Assembly (NCBI GenBank): GCA_000175855.1
Contig: ACYB01000031.1
Coordinates: 1-32,000 of the forward strand
Length of the DNA: 32,000 nt
Source: Raphidiopsis brookii D9
GTDB taxonomy: Bacteria > Cyanobacteriota > Cyanobacteriia > Cyanobacteriales > Nostocaceae
Reading direction: 5' to 3'
Below the pieces are notes generated by a model that saw nothing but the letters and a program-made list of their open reading frames with translations, did no database searches and was not told the origin of the DNA. This document shows positions 18,822 through 28,501 of the stretch, piece by piece. The stretch's first letter is position 1; each line of letters opens with the position of its first letter. The position numbers and the translations under genes are program-made.

Positions 18822-19034
18822 TTAAAATGCTTGACGAGAAGCCATTTTTTCAAAGCAGGCTTGGGTTTGATGAAGTAATTGCTGGCGGCTATCTTGCTGA
18901 ACGTGTTTGAGAGTAGGAACCAAATTGCGAGCTTGTAGGGTCATGTGTAGCTGTAAATGGGCTACGTATTCACTAATATCCTGGCTTTCATTTTCTGCAG
19001 CAGTTCTTGTTAATACTTTTGATTCCATGACCAC
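18822..19034 (-). CDS. Hypothetical small protein
   Basis: The ORF opens at TTG-19052. AAGGAG lies 6 nt upstream of GTG-19034 and 12 nt upstream of ATG-19028. I recognise no family, so coding status rests on ORF length and the SD sequence only. Confidence 0.4.
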   Translation of the reverse strand: MVMESKVLTRTAAENESQDISEYVAHLQLHMTLQARNLVPTLKHVQQDSRQQLLHQTQACFEKMASRQAF

Positions 19035-19141
19035 TTTTTTCTCCTTGAGCAATACCGCTAGATTTTAATACATAATCATAACCTATCACATTGTTTTACT
19101 TAGCTTATTGATTTGCAATCAACCTTAACATTTGGGTTTAT

Positions 19142-20023
19142 CTAGGTGGATCCTAGAATCATCCCTATTAGGATCAAGAAACCTATGGCCACATTTTGAC
19201 TAAACATTTTTCCATATTCCTGGTGAGGTAACTGGGGATTCCTTAACTGCAGCACCTGCCAAAACCAACCAAGACTAGCAATGAGTAAGCTGATCCAAAA
19301 AAATATATTTAATTCTAAAGAAATAGCCTCCGCCATTAACAGTATAATAGTTCCGAGGAAAAAAATACCCACAGCTTTAGGAGTCTGATCACCAAAAAAT
19401 AGGGCGCTAGATTTAACCCCAATGCGCTGATCATCCAGGCGATCGCTCATGGCATAGATGGTATCAAATCCCAAAGTCCAAAGGACTGTGGCCCCCCACA
19501 AAAACCAGGTGGGTAGGGAAATATTGCCTGTGACTGCACTCCAACTAATCAAAACGGCAAAACCCCAGGCCAAAGAAAGAATTAGTTGGGGTATGGGAAA
19601 TACTCGTTTAGCTCCAGGATATAGTAGTATTACTGGTACAGCACTCACGGATAACCAGAAGCTTAAGGGATTAAGATAGAAGGCGAGAATAGCTGCACAA
19701 ACTAGGGCAACCATTCCCACCACTACACCAACTTTCACCGAAAGATCCCGGGAAGCCAAAGGGCGATCCCGTGTTCTGTTAACCTGAGTATCAATGTCTC
19801 GGTCCCATAAATCATTGACCACACAACCAGCAGCACTGGTAGCTAAACTACCTAACGTAATTACTACTACTAGGACCGTGGGTGGTTTGCCATCAGCTGC
19901 CAAAAACAGGGCCCATAAAGCGGGAATCATCAAAATTAGTCTACCCTCTGGTTTGTGCCACCGTAATAGGCACATAATGACAAACCATAATGGTTTCTGA
20001 TTGCTTTCTGGTGTGGTTTGCAT
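19142..20023 (-). CDS. ubiA: 4-hydroxybenzoate polyprenyltransferase (UbiA family; plastoquinone branch in cyanobacteria)
   Basis: It is collinear with E. coli UbiA: AAGCVVNDLWDRDID, YP..KR...PQ, and YAMSDRLDDQRIGVKSSALFFG. The conserved N-terminus begins near the internal Met (ATG-20023). The 35 upstream codons of the ORF (to 20128) look like non-coding read-through. Confidence 0.85.
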   Translation of the reverse strand: MQTTPESNQKPLWFVIMCLLRWHKPEGRLILMIPALWALFLAADGKPPTVLVVVITLGSLATSAAGCVVNDLWDRDIDTQVNRTRDRPLASRDLSVKVGVVVGMVALVCAAILAFYLNPLSFWLSVSAVPVILLYPGAKRVFPIPQLILSLAWGFAVLISWSAVTGNISLPTWFLWGATVLWTLGFDTIYAMSDRLDDQRIGVKSSALFFGDQTPKAVGIFFLGTIILLMAEAISLELNIFFWISLLIASLGWFWQVLQLRNPQLPHQEYGKMFSQNVAIGFLILIGMILGST

Positions 20024-20160
20024 GGTTGCTAGATTTTTACTGGATTTGGACTTCGAATCTACATCTATAGAATAGAATATCCTTTTTGGAAAACTTGGGG
20101 GATCTGGAAACTTAGCTTTTTTGTCCATCTAAATTAAGAGAGAACTAAGAGAGACTCATA

Positions 20161-21792
20161 ATGGTGAATATAGTTCCTGCTAACTGGAATGTTGTACCAG
20201 TTCCAACGCTGAAGCCAAACCCAATTATTGCCTCTATTGATATTGGCACTAATTCCCTGCATATAGTCGTAGTACGTATTGAGCCAGCCCTACCAACCTT
20301 TACAGTGATTGCCAAGGAAAAGGAAACTGTCAGGTTGGGCGATCGCAATTTAGAAAATGGTGATTTAAAACCAGAAGTGATGAAAAAGGCGATCGCTTGT
20401 TTAGGTCGTTTTCAGGAGCTGGCAAAGAGTTTAGAAGCTGATAGTATTATTGCTGTAGCTACCAGTGCGGTTAGAGAGGCACCCAACGGTAGAATTTTTT
20501 TACATCAAATAGAGACTGAATTAGGTTTAGACGTAGACTTAATTTCTGGACAGGAGGAAGCGCGACGGATTTACTTAGGTGTGTTGTCGGGGATGGATTT
20601 TAACCAACAAACACATATTATTATTGATATTGGAGGAGGTTCTACGGAATTAATTTTAGGTGATTCTCAGGAACCCCGCAGTTTAACTAGTACCAAAATT
20701 GGTGCGGTGCGACTAACTGGGGAATTAATTACAACCGATCCTATTAGTAATACAGAGTTTCAATACTTACAGGCTTATGCTAAAGGAATGTTGGAGAGAT
20801 CTGTAGAAGATATACTTTCTAAACTGCAACCGGGTGAGATTCCTAAGCTGGTGGGAACTTCTGGGACGATTGAAACCATAGCCACTATTAATGTCAAGGA
20901 GAAAATGGGAATTGTACCTTCTACTCTTAATGGTCATTGTTTTAGTCTCCATGATTTACAAACCTGGGTAACCCGGTTAAAAAAAATGAGCAATGTAGAG
21001 CGATCGGCAGTTTCGGGAATGCCAGATAGAAGGTCAGAAGTAATACTAGCTGGAGCAGTAATATTACAGGAAGCGATGACATTATTGGGTTTAGAAACCA
21101 TAACAGTTTGTGAACGTTCCTTGAGAGAAGGTGTAATAGTTGACTGGATGCTCACCCATGGATTTATTGCGGACCGACTACAATATCAAAGTTCTATTCG
21201 GGAGAGAAATATTTTAAAGCTGGCTCAAAAGTACCATATTAACTTAGAATGTAGTCAAAGAGTAGCGGAATTCGCTTTGACTTTATTTAGTCAAACTCAA
21301 GGCAAGTTACACAACTGGGGTGAAGAAGCGAGAGAATTATTATGGGCTGGGGCGGTTTTACATAATTGTGGTCACCATATTAGCCATTCAGCACACCATA
21401 AACATTCCTATTATTTAATTAGGAATGGGGAGTTATTGGGTTATAATGAGACAGAAATAGAAATTATTGCCAACTTGGCCCGTTATCATCGCAAATCACC
21501 ACCCAAGAAAAAGCATGAAAACTTCCAAAATCTAACCCATAAAGGACATCGGCAAATGGTGTCTCAACTAAGTGCTATTTTGCGGGTAGCTATAGCTTTA
21601 GACAGGAGACAAATTGGAGCAGTTCGTGGGATTAAGTGTGAATATTTGCCGACTATTAGGCAATTAGAGATAGTCGCTTTTCCCAGTAGGTATGATGATG
21701 ATTGTGATCTAGAAATGTGGAGTCTAGACTTGAAGAAGCAAGTGTTTGAGCAAGAGTTTGGGATCAAGTTAGTGGCACATTTAGCTCGATAA
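20161..21792 (+). CDS. ppx: Ppx/GppA-family exopolyphosphatase / guanosine pentaphosphate phosphohydrolase with a C-terminal HD domain
   Basis: 543 aa. It has the ASKHA-fold motifs IASIDIGTNSLHIVVV and IIDIGGGSTELI. An HD-type region (LHNCGHHISHSAHHKHSYYLI) follows. Confidence 0.9.
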   Translation: MVNIVPANWNVVPVPTLKPNPIIASIDIGTNSLHIVVVRIEPALPTFTVIAKEKETVRLGDRNLENGDLKPEVMKKAIACLGRFQELAKSLEADSIIAVATSAVREAPNGRIFLHQIETELGLDVDLISGQEEARRIYLGVLSGMDFNQQTHIIIDIGGGSTELILGDSQEPRSLTSTKIGAVRLTGELITTDPISNTEFQYLQAYAKGMLERSVEDILSKLQPGEIPKLVGTSGTIETIATINVKEKMGIVPSTLNGHCFSLHDLQTWVTRLKKMSNVERSAVSGMPDRRSEVILAGAVILQEAMTLLGLETITVCERSLREGVIVDWMLTHGFIADRLQYQSSIRERNILKLAQKYHINLECSQRVAEFALTLFSQTQGKLHNWGEEARELLWAGAVLHNCGHHISHSAHHKHSYYLIRNGELLGYNETEIEIIANLARYHRKSPPKKKHENFQNLTHKGHRQMVSQLSAILRVAIALDRRQIGAVRGIKCEYLPTIRQLEIVAFPSRYDDDCDLEMWSLDLKKQVFEQEFGIKLVAHLAR

Positions 21793-21806
21793 AGAGGTAG
21801 GAATCT

Positions 21807-22418
21807 GTGAAATACTACCAAGTACAAAACAATATTTTTCCAAGTAGTTACCTGAAAGACCTGGGGGGAGAAATCCAAGCTAGTCCATATTTTACTACCA
21901 ATAACCTCAATCGAGACTTTATTCAGACAAAGGGATTTTCTGTAGTTTTCCAAAGACAGGGAATAAAGACAGTCCAGGAGAAATTTCCCTTTTTTAAACC
22001 CTATTTAGATTTGGCACTACAATCAAGTTGTAATGCATTTTATCTTAATCCTTTACTACTCCAAGAAGGTTCTCGGGTTGACCCCCATATAGACCGTTCA
22101 TTACGCTCTTATTGTAAAACTATTGAACCACCAAGTCTAGTGACGGTTCTTTACGTGCGAGTACCAGAAAACATGGAAGGAGGGGAATTGATATTGAAAT
22201 CAAATAATCGCCAAATTGGGAAAATTAAACCCCAAACTAATCTACTGGTTTACTTTCAGGGAAACTTGACCCATTCTATTAATTCCGTGAAAACACCGGG
22301 TAATCGGTTAAGTTTGGTTTGTGAGCAGTACGATTTAACAGACAGGGAAATTGAAGATGTTCCTATACACTCTGTAGAATCAAGAGCGATTAGAAATCAC
22401 CACCTTTGGGGGCGGTGA
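21807..22418 (+). CDS. Putative Fe(II)/2-oxoglutarate oxygenase (prolyl-4-hydroxylase-like)
   Basis: 203 aa. It has an HxD in DPHIDRS, a distal His in NLTHSINSV and a following Arg (NRLSLV). GAGG lies about 9 nt upstream of GTG-21807, only 14 nt after the ppx stop. Confidence 0.55.
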   Translation: MKYYQVQNNIFPSSYLKDLGGEIQASPYFTTNNLNRDFIQTKGFSVVFQRQGIKTVQEKFPFFKPYLDLALQSSCNAFYLNPLLLQEGSRVDPHIDRSLRSYCKTIEPPSLVTVLYVRVPENMEGGELILKSNNRQIGKIKPQTNLLVYFQGNLTHSINSVKTPGNRLSLVCEQYDLTDREIEDVPIHSVESRAIRNHHLWGR

Positions 22419-22443
22419 AAATGTAGAACATTAAAGGATATTA

Positions 22444-22773
22444 TTAAGCAGCTTCACCTTTTCCCTTGAGTAGCTCATTGATTTTGGCATTTATTTCGGA
22501 CAACTTAGCTTTTTTCTCGTCTAAAGTTAAGTTTGCGTCTTTACCAACCTGAATTTTTTCCTTTCTCAGAGCAGCAATTTCTTCCTCAATGTTAGTAGGA
22601 TTAATTTCGTAGGACCTCATAGCAGGCCTTTGAGCAATTACATTAATGTTTGAGTACTCAACAGTATTTACATCGGCCATGGCACTAACTGGAGCTAGCA
22701 GCAAGCTGAACACTGTAACTACTAGGAGTAGTGAATAAACAAAAAACTGTTTCAAAGAAGCGATAACGTTCAT
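22444..22773 (-). CDS. Hypothetical secreted or periplasmic helical protein
   Basis: 109 aa. The N-terminal signal-peptide-like segment ends in SAMA-DV. The C-terminal half is K/E-rich and helical. Confidence 0.55.
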   Translation of the reverse strand: MNVIASLKQFFVYSLLLVVTVFSLLLAPVSAMADVNTVEYSNINVIAQRPAMRSYEINPTNIEEEIAALRKEKIQVGKDANLTLDEKKAKLSEINAKINELLKGKGEAA

Positions 22774-22989
22774 TTTTTGATGGTTAATTAGTTTGATGAG
22801 TTTACCATTGTGAATCGTAAAGCATAAGTAGTCACCACCATGGGAAATTTAAAATAATTTAATAAAGTAACTTAACTAATAACATTTAACCATGTAGGAT
22901 TTGGGAGATTTCAAAATATTTAATGAATATCTCCCCTCGTCTCCAAAATAGGGCAAATGGTCAGTCAGCACATTTAGTGACGCAATTGA

Positions 22990-25203
22990 CTAGTGTACTA
23001 ATTCAATAGCTCGCTTAGTTAATGCTTCCGCAGTTAAGCCATTAAATGCCATCAACTCACCTGCACTGGCTGTAGTTTCACCACGTTTCCAAGAAAAAGT
23101 ATCTCGTTTAATAGAACTGCGTAACATAATTGGCTCTAGTATAGCGCTCGCACCACCGGTTACAGCAATCAATCCATCTCCACTAAATAACTGCTCAAAC
23201 TCTTCATCAGCTAAAAACCCACCATCCGGTTGGGAACAAGTGTCCCAAGCAGTGTCCTCAGGACGATATAAACGACGGGGATTAATCACAGAAATGATTT
23301 TCACCCCTATACCCTCGGTTTCCAAAAATGCTGCTGCTTCAAACACCGGTATTAATGTCATATCCCCAATCACAGCAAATACAACTTGTTTTCCTCCCGC
23401 AACTTCATGTAATAAAATTGCCCCCTTTTCCAGTCCCTGTTTAGTTTGTTCCAGAGTGGTTCTAATGGGTAAAGGTGACTTACTAGCGGTAATCACAATA
23501 CCTTTATTTTTGGTACCTAAGGCCCAATCATAACAAACTTGTATGCTATTGGCATCGGGGGGAAATACAGGAAATACATTACCATTTCTCATCATAGCGG
23601 CAAAGTATGCTTCCACTTCTGGTCTTTGATGTGTCCAACCGTTACGTCCTTGCTCCAGTGCACCCGCTGTAAATAAGGTAATTGTGGATGGGGTTTTTCT
23701 TCTTAATTCAGCCATAGCTTGGGTCACGGTTTGCCAAATTGGCAGTCCATTGATGGCAAATGATTCATAGGAACACCATAGGGTTCTTCCACCCATTAGG
23801 GATAATCCCACTGCTAATCCTGCACAAGCATCCTCGCTCAGGGGTTCGTAAACTTGACCTCCGGGAATTTGATTATATAGTTCATCTGCTGTGGGGTGGT
23901 TGATTTTCAGAGCTTGGTTAATGTTGCCAATTCCCGATGCTTCGTTACCATCCGCATTGGTTACTAGGAAGTTTTGATCCTTACTTCCTACTATTCCCAC
24001 CAATCTACCCATAGCTGTAGTAGAAACTTTTGGGTCACCACCAACCGCATATTCTTCCAATGGTAATTCCCCAATGGGTGCTAAGGATAATTCAAATTCT
24101 GTCACTACTGTTTTTGCTGCTGGACCACCTCCAGCTCGTTCAGCATTGGTACGAACCGTTTGCCATGCTTCTACCGATAATGCCCTTTTCTGTAGCGCTG
24201 TGGCAATATGGGGTGCATCCAGTGTATCTTTAGGATAAAGATTGTGGGATTTGGCTCCTAACGCATGAACACCAGCACCTTTAAGTTGTTTGATAATGAA
24301 TACTGTTAATGTTCCATTTAGAGCAAGATTGGCTGCTTTATCAATTCCTATTAATACTTCTGTGGTAAATTCTAATCTTCTTTCAAAGGAGAAGATGGTA
24401 CTATCTACGTAATCTCCCAATTGGTTTTTGTCGTCGAATTCCTTGGCATCTACGATAATTACTTCCTTAAAACCATTGCCCTTCCAATAAGCAGTCATCT
24501 CCTCATTAGTTTTTAAGGAGACCATACTATGATGCTCTTGACTGTAACCATTCCACACTAGAATGGGTAGAAAATTGGTGACTTGAGGATAGGCGGTATG
24601 AAAATGACCCATGGAACTAATGATGTAGGGTTCACCTAATCCCCCATCTCCCACAGTGAAGGGAAACAGTTTGTCTCGGTGTAATAAAGCTGCTGCCATG
24701 GCAAAATGTTGCCCCTGTCCTAAAGGTCCTGCAGGTGCCAAAATACCAGGAATGTAGCCAGATAGGTGTCCTATTAGTCCGTGTTTTTCCCGAAAGCGAT
24801 CACGCAATTGTTGTACAGTAAATATGCCCATGTCTTCTAAGGACCGATCTAAAAACATGGCACTATAAAAACCGGGAGCATGATGTCCGACTTCCGTAAT
24901 GATATTTTTATGTCCCAGCATGACCAAAGCTGCATAAGCTTCGGCTTGACTGGCAAAACCGCCTGGATGTCCGGAGGCTTTACTACCAGTTATTTGTAGG
25001 GTGAGATAGCGTAGGGCATCCGCTGCTAGTAAGGTTTGATAAGCTGCTGCTGTATGGTTAATGTCAGCTATGGACACGCTACCAGATTCTATAACTGGTT
25101 TTGCACCATAGGTTTGAAAGTTTGGCAATGGTTCCCCAAAATATTGAATTCCTTCACAAAAACTGGGAACGGTGGAAGATGTCTTGGTTGTGTTTACTGT
25201 CAT
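22990..25203 (-). CDS. Divergent transketolase-family thiamine-diphosphate enzyme of unknown specificity
   Basis: 737 aa. It has SGHPGG, GPLGQGQ and a GDG...N ThDP motif (VGDGGLGEPYIISSMGHFHTAYPQVTNFLPILVWNGYS), collinear with transketolase. There is an N-terminal extension of about 50 aa, and the protein is longer than the roughly 660-aa canonical enzyme. Confidence 0.75.
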   Translation of the reverse strand: MTVNTTKTSSTVPSFCEGIQYFGEPLPNFQTYGAKPVIESGSVSIADINHTAAAYQTLLAADALRYLTLQITGSKASGHPGGFASQAEAYAALVMLGHKNIITEVGHHAPGFYSAMFLDRSLEDMGIFTVQQLRDRFREKHGLIGHLSGYIPGILAPAGPLGQGQHFAMAAALLHRDKLFPFTVGDGGLGEPYIISSMGHFHTAYPQVTNFLPILVWNGYSQEHHSMVSLKTNEEMTAYWKGNGFKEVIIVDAKEFDDKNQLGDYVDSTIFSFERRLEFTTEVLIGIDKAANLALNGTLTVFIIKQLKGAGVHALGAKSHNLYPKDTLDAPHIATALQKRALSVEAWQTVRTNAERAGGGPAAKTVVTEFELSLAPIGELPLEEYAVGGDPKVSTTAMGRLVGIVGSKDQNFLVTNADGNEASGIGNINQALKINHPTADELYNQIPGGQVYEPLSEDACAGLAVGLSLMGGRTLWCSYESFAINGLPIWQTVTQAMAELRRKTPSTITLFTAGALEQGRNGWTHQRPEVEAYFAAMMRNGNVFPVFPPDANSIQVCYDWALGTKNKGIVITASKSPLPIRTTLEQTKQGLEKGAILLHEVAGGKQVVFAVIGDMTLIPVFEAAAFLETEGIGVKIISVINPRRLYRPEDTAWDTCSQPDGGFLADEEFEQLFSGDGLIAVTGGASAILEPIMLRSSIKRDTFSWKRGETTASAGELMAFNGLTAEALTKRAIELVH

Positions 25204-25314
25204 GCTGAGTACCTTAATAAATGCTAAAATTTTACATCTTCCTGGTTCTCAGATCTGATAGGTGTTTTCGATTGACCAACATCAATCTAGACTATGAACT
25301 AAGCTTCGGCTATC

Positions 25315-26391
25315 TTACGCTAAAGCTGAGGCTTGCGGTTTAGCAAAGATCATTCTGCCAGCGGAGGTTTGTAGAGCACTGGTAACCACTACTCGCACTT
25401 CACCACCCACATAACCACTGCCTTCTTCTACAACAACCATTGTGCCATCATCTAAATAACCAATGCCTTGACTGGGCTCTTTGCCCTCTTTGAGGATTTT
25501 GATGTCAATGTTATCCCCCGGTAAGTAGGAAGGACGAACTGCATTCACCAAATCATTCACATTCAATACTGGTACTTTTTGGACACTGGCTACTTTAGAT
25601 AAATTGTAGTCGTTGGTTAATAGAGTACCATTAATTTCCTGGGCAAACTTTACTAGTTTTGTGTCTACCGTGCTTAAATCATCGTACTCTACCGAATTGA
25701 TTACTATCCTTTCTGGATAGTTTTCTCTAATACGATTGAGAATTTCTAAACCTCTTCTTCCTCGTACTCGTTTTACATCTTTGGTTGCATCTGCTACTTG
25801 CTGTAGCTCCTGCAAAATAAATTGGGGTACGATAATTAATCCTTCTAAAAATCCCGTTTCCAGCAGTAATTCAATACGACCATCTATAATGCAGCTGGTA
25901 TCTAAAACTTTGGTATTAGCTGGTTTGAGGGTTCCTTCTACTACTAGGGTCTCCACCGTATTGGGATTAATTAATCGTAATAAACCTCTACCATGGGTAT
26001 CAGCTAGATTCATTCCCGTTACGGATAGGATTATACTGCCTACTACTGCTACTAAAGGTTTAATAAAGCTAAAATCTGCGGGAATGGGGAGTAGAAACAG
26101 GGGAGCTAAGGTTAAATTGGCTAGTAATAGCCCAATGACTAAACCGATAGCACGAGTTAAAATGACTTCTATGGGCATTTCCTTAACTTGTGCTTCTAAT
26201 CGCCTATAGCTGGTCTGGAAACTCAGTCCAACTGCGCCACCAATGAGAGCAGCAAAGACAGCTACTACTAAACGTAAAGCATCTAAATTGGTTACTCCTT
26301 TGAGACTTCCTGGTGGTAGAAAGTCGGTACTGAAATAACCTATTCCCGCAGAGGCTATAATAAATGAGATAATGATGGTGAAATCAAGCAT
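25315..26391 (-). CDS. PIN/TRAM-domain membrane protein (YacL-like)
   Basis: 358 aa. It has N-terminal TM helices, a PIN-like core (VLDTSCIIDGRI ... LLTNDYNLSKVA) and a C-terminal TRAM-like beta domain (GIGYLDDGTMVVVEEG). Confidence 0.8.
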   Translation of the reverse strand: MLDFTIIISFIIASAGIGYFSTDFLPPGSLKGVTNLDALRLVVAVFAALIGGAVGLSFQTSYRRLEAQVKEMPIEVILTRAIGLVIGLLLANLTLAPLFLLPIPADFSFIKPLVAVVGSIILSVTGMNLADTHGRGLLRLINPNTVETLVVEGTLKPANTKVLDTSCIIDGRIELLLETGFLEGLIIVPQFILQELQQVADATKDVKRVRGRRGLEILNRIRENYPERIVINSVEYDDLSTVDTKLVKFAQEINGTLLTNDYNLSKVASVQKVPVLNVNDLVNAVRPSYLPGDNIDIKILKEGKEPSQGIGYLDDGTMVVVEEGSGYVGGEVRVVVTSALQTSAGRMIFAKPQASALA

Positions 26392-26649
26392 GATTTATTT
26401 TTCCTGAATAATGTTTGTTTGTGCGAGTTTAAGATTAGTATGTAAGGACGGATAATTATCAAACTGCATCTGGCCTACAGGTCTGAGAATTCTGAATTCT
26501 GAAAATATATGTGGCCATTATACCTTGGTGGTTTAGGTTTACCTGTAAACTTCCACGGGTTTTTGGATATACTAGTGTTTTCAGGATTGCTGTTACTTTT
26601 AACTACAAAATGTAATTTTTGTCAACAGTTATATCAATGAATTTTTTCC

Positions 26650-27816
26650 ATGAGTTTTTCAATCCCCACCGCAGCTTATGTACATATCCCCTTCTGTCGG
26701 CGCAGGTGCTTTTATTGTGATTTTCCCGTGTATGTGACGGGCCATCGAGTAACCGGGGAAGCATCCCATACAATTGGTCAGTATGTAGATAACATTTGCC
26801 ATGAGATCAGCATCACACCCACTTTTAGTCAACCCCTGAAAACAGTTTTTTTTGGTGGTGGTACACCTTCCTTATTGTCGGCCAAACAAATAGAGCAAAT
26901 ATTGAGCAGTTTGGAACAGAGATTTGCCATGGAACCAAAGATAGAAATTTCTATGGAAATAGATCCAGGTACATTTGATTTAGCTCATATTCAAGGTTAT
27001 AAAAGTGCAGGAGTAAACAGAGTCAGTTTAGGAGTGCAGACCTTTACCCCAGAATTGTTAAAAACTGCTGGGCGATCGCACTCGGTTGAAGATATTTTTG
27101 CAGCTATTGATATAGTTAACCAAGTGGAGATACCCGAATTTAGCATAGACCTGATTTCGGGTTTGCCACATCAGTCTATAGAGCAATGGCAAAATTCTCT
27201 GACCAAAGGGGTAGAAATTGCTCCTACCCATATTTCCATTTATGATTTAACCATAGAAACGGGTACAGTGTTTGGTCGTTATTATCAAGCTGGGGATCAC
27301 CCTCTACCAACGGATGAGATTACAGTAAAGATGTATGAACTAGGACAAGAGATTCTCACGGGTGCGGGTTATGAACATTATGAAATTTCTAATTATGCTA
27401 AGCCAGGGCATCAATGTAAACATAATCGTGTTTACTGGCAGAATCTTGCTTACTATGGTTTTGGCATGGGTGCTACCAGCTATATAGAAGGTAAACGGTT
27501 TTCTCGTCCTCGAAGGATCCAGGAATATTATCAATGGTTAAAGAATGGTGCAATAATTGATGTGGAAGTTATATATGTAGATGAGGAACTATTAGAGACC
27601 ATAATGTTGGGGATGCGTTTAGCGGAAGGTTTAAATCTAGGAGTATTAGCAGAAAAGTTTGGTCATCAAAGAGTTGAGAAAATACAAAAGTGCTTACAAC
27701 CCTATGTAATTCCAGGTTGGGTAAAATTGACCACAGATAGATTGTGCTTAACTGACCCCCAGGGTTTTTTGTTTTCTAATGTAGTTTTAGGAGATTTATT
27801 TGCCAAACTAAGTTGA
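26650..27816 (+). CDS. hemW: Radical SAM heme chaperone / coproporphyrinogen-III-oxidase-like protein HemW
   Basis: 388 aa. It has the CxxxCxxC cluster in YVHIPFCRRRCFYCDF and the GGGTPS motif. The length fits HemW (YggW) rather than full HemN. Confidence 0.85.
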   Translation: MSFSIPTAAYVHIPFCRRRCFYCDFPVYVTGHRVTGEASHTIGQYVDNICHEISITPTFSQPLKTVFFGGGTPSLLSAKQIEQILSSLEQRFAMEPKIEISMEIDPGTFDLAHIQGYKSAGVNRVSLGVQTFTPELLKTAGRSHSVEDIFAAIDIVNQVEIPEFSIDLISGLPHQSIEQWQNSLTKGVEIAPTHISIYDLTIETGTVFGRYYQAGDHPLPTDEITVKMYELGQEILTGAGYEHYEISNYAKPGHQCKHNRVYWQNLAYYGFGMGATSYIEGKRFSRPRRIQEYYQWLKNGAIIDVEVIYVDEELLETIMLGMRLAEGLNLGVLAEKFGHQRVEKIQKCLQPYVIPGWVKLTTDRLCLTDPQGFLFSNVVLGDLFAKLS

Positions 27817-27900
27817 GAGAAGCTGAAATATCATTTAGGTTTCTTCAAACCCGTTATATGTTAAAATTGGGGAGAGAGACAAAATCCTGCACACCAGAGT

Positions 27901-28488
27901 ATGAATGATCCGGAAAACAAGAGCATTGAGGAAACTTCCACATCTTTAAACAATTTAAATAAACAGGGGGGTTGGAAAGAAAATCTAACTTTAATAGGGG
28001 TGGCATTGATTTTAGCCCTGTTGATCAGAGTATTTATTGCAGAACCTCGTTTAATTCCTTCCGCATCAATGTATCCCACCCTGCAAATAGGGGATAGATT
28101 AGTCGTAGAGAAAATATCCTACCGACTTCATCCTCCTCAAGCTGGTGACATCGTGGTTTTTCAGACACCTCCCGAATTACAACAGCGTGGTTATGATGAC
28201 AATCAAGCTTTTATTAAACGGATTATAGGTCTTCCAGGAGATCTAGTTGGTATAGTGAATGGTCAAGTTTATGTGAATGGTAAACAGTTGCAAGAAAAAT
28301 ACATTGCTGAACCAGCAAATCAACCATTCCCCCCGATTAAAATTCCAGAGAACAAGTTCTTTGTGATGGGAGACAATCGCAATGACAGTAATGACTCTCG
28401 GTACTGGGGCTTTTTGCCTCGAAAAAACCTAATTGGTCACGCAGCATTTCGCTTTTGGCCCCTAAATCGATTGGGTTTGATTGGTTAG
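27901..28488 (+). CDS. lepB: Signal peptidase I
   Basis: 195 aa. It has a TM anchor, the catalytic Ser box SASMYPTL, the Lys box KRIIGLPGD, and GDNRNDSNDSRYWGF. Confidence 0.93.
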   Translation: MNDPENKSIEETSTSLNNLNKQGGWKENLTLIGVALILALLIRVFIAEPRLIPSASMYPTLQIGDRLVVEKISYRLHPPQAGDIVVFQTPPELQQRGYDDNQAFIKRIIGLPGDLVGIVNGQVYVNGKQLQEKYIAEPANQPFPPIKIPENKFFVMGDNRNDSNDSRYWGFLPRKNLIGHAAFRFWPLNRLGLIG

Positions 28489-28501
28489 CGATATGGTAAT
28501 A

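Noticed and set aside
20024-20128. 35-codon N-terminal extension of the ubiA ORF (MDKKAKFPDPPSFPKRIFYSIDVDSKSKSS...)
   Set aside because: Homology to UbiA begins right after the internal Met at 20023. The extension is low complexity and would leave only 32 nt for the divergent ppx promoter.
21564-21953. 129-aa minus-strand ORF bridging the ppx 3' end and the oxygenase 5' end
   Set aside because: It lies opposite two co-oriented supported genes and has no motifs.
25204-25314. TPP (ThDP) riboswitch upstream of the ThDP-dependent enzyme, suggested by a CTGAGA and an ACCTATCAGATCTG segment on the minus strand
   Set aside because: The elements are in the wrong order relative to the THI-box (CUGAGA should precede ACCUGAUCUGGAUAAUGCCAGC). 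The pyrimidine-sensor helix sequence is missing. Only about 110 nt are available. ThDP-using enzymes are not normally THI-box regulated. What is really there is a 10-bp palindrome, TCAGATCTGA (25249-25258).
25736-26209. 157-aa plus-strand ORF antisense to the PIN/TRAM gene
   Set aside because: It is long, but it is S/R/K/T-rich low complexity and lies entirely opposite a gene with clear PIN and TRAM motifs. There is no independent support.
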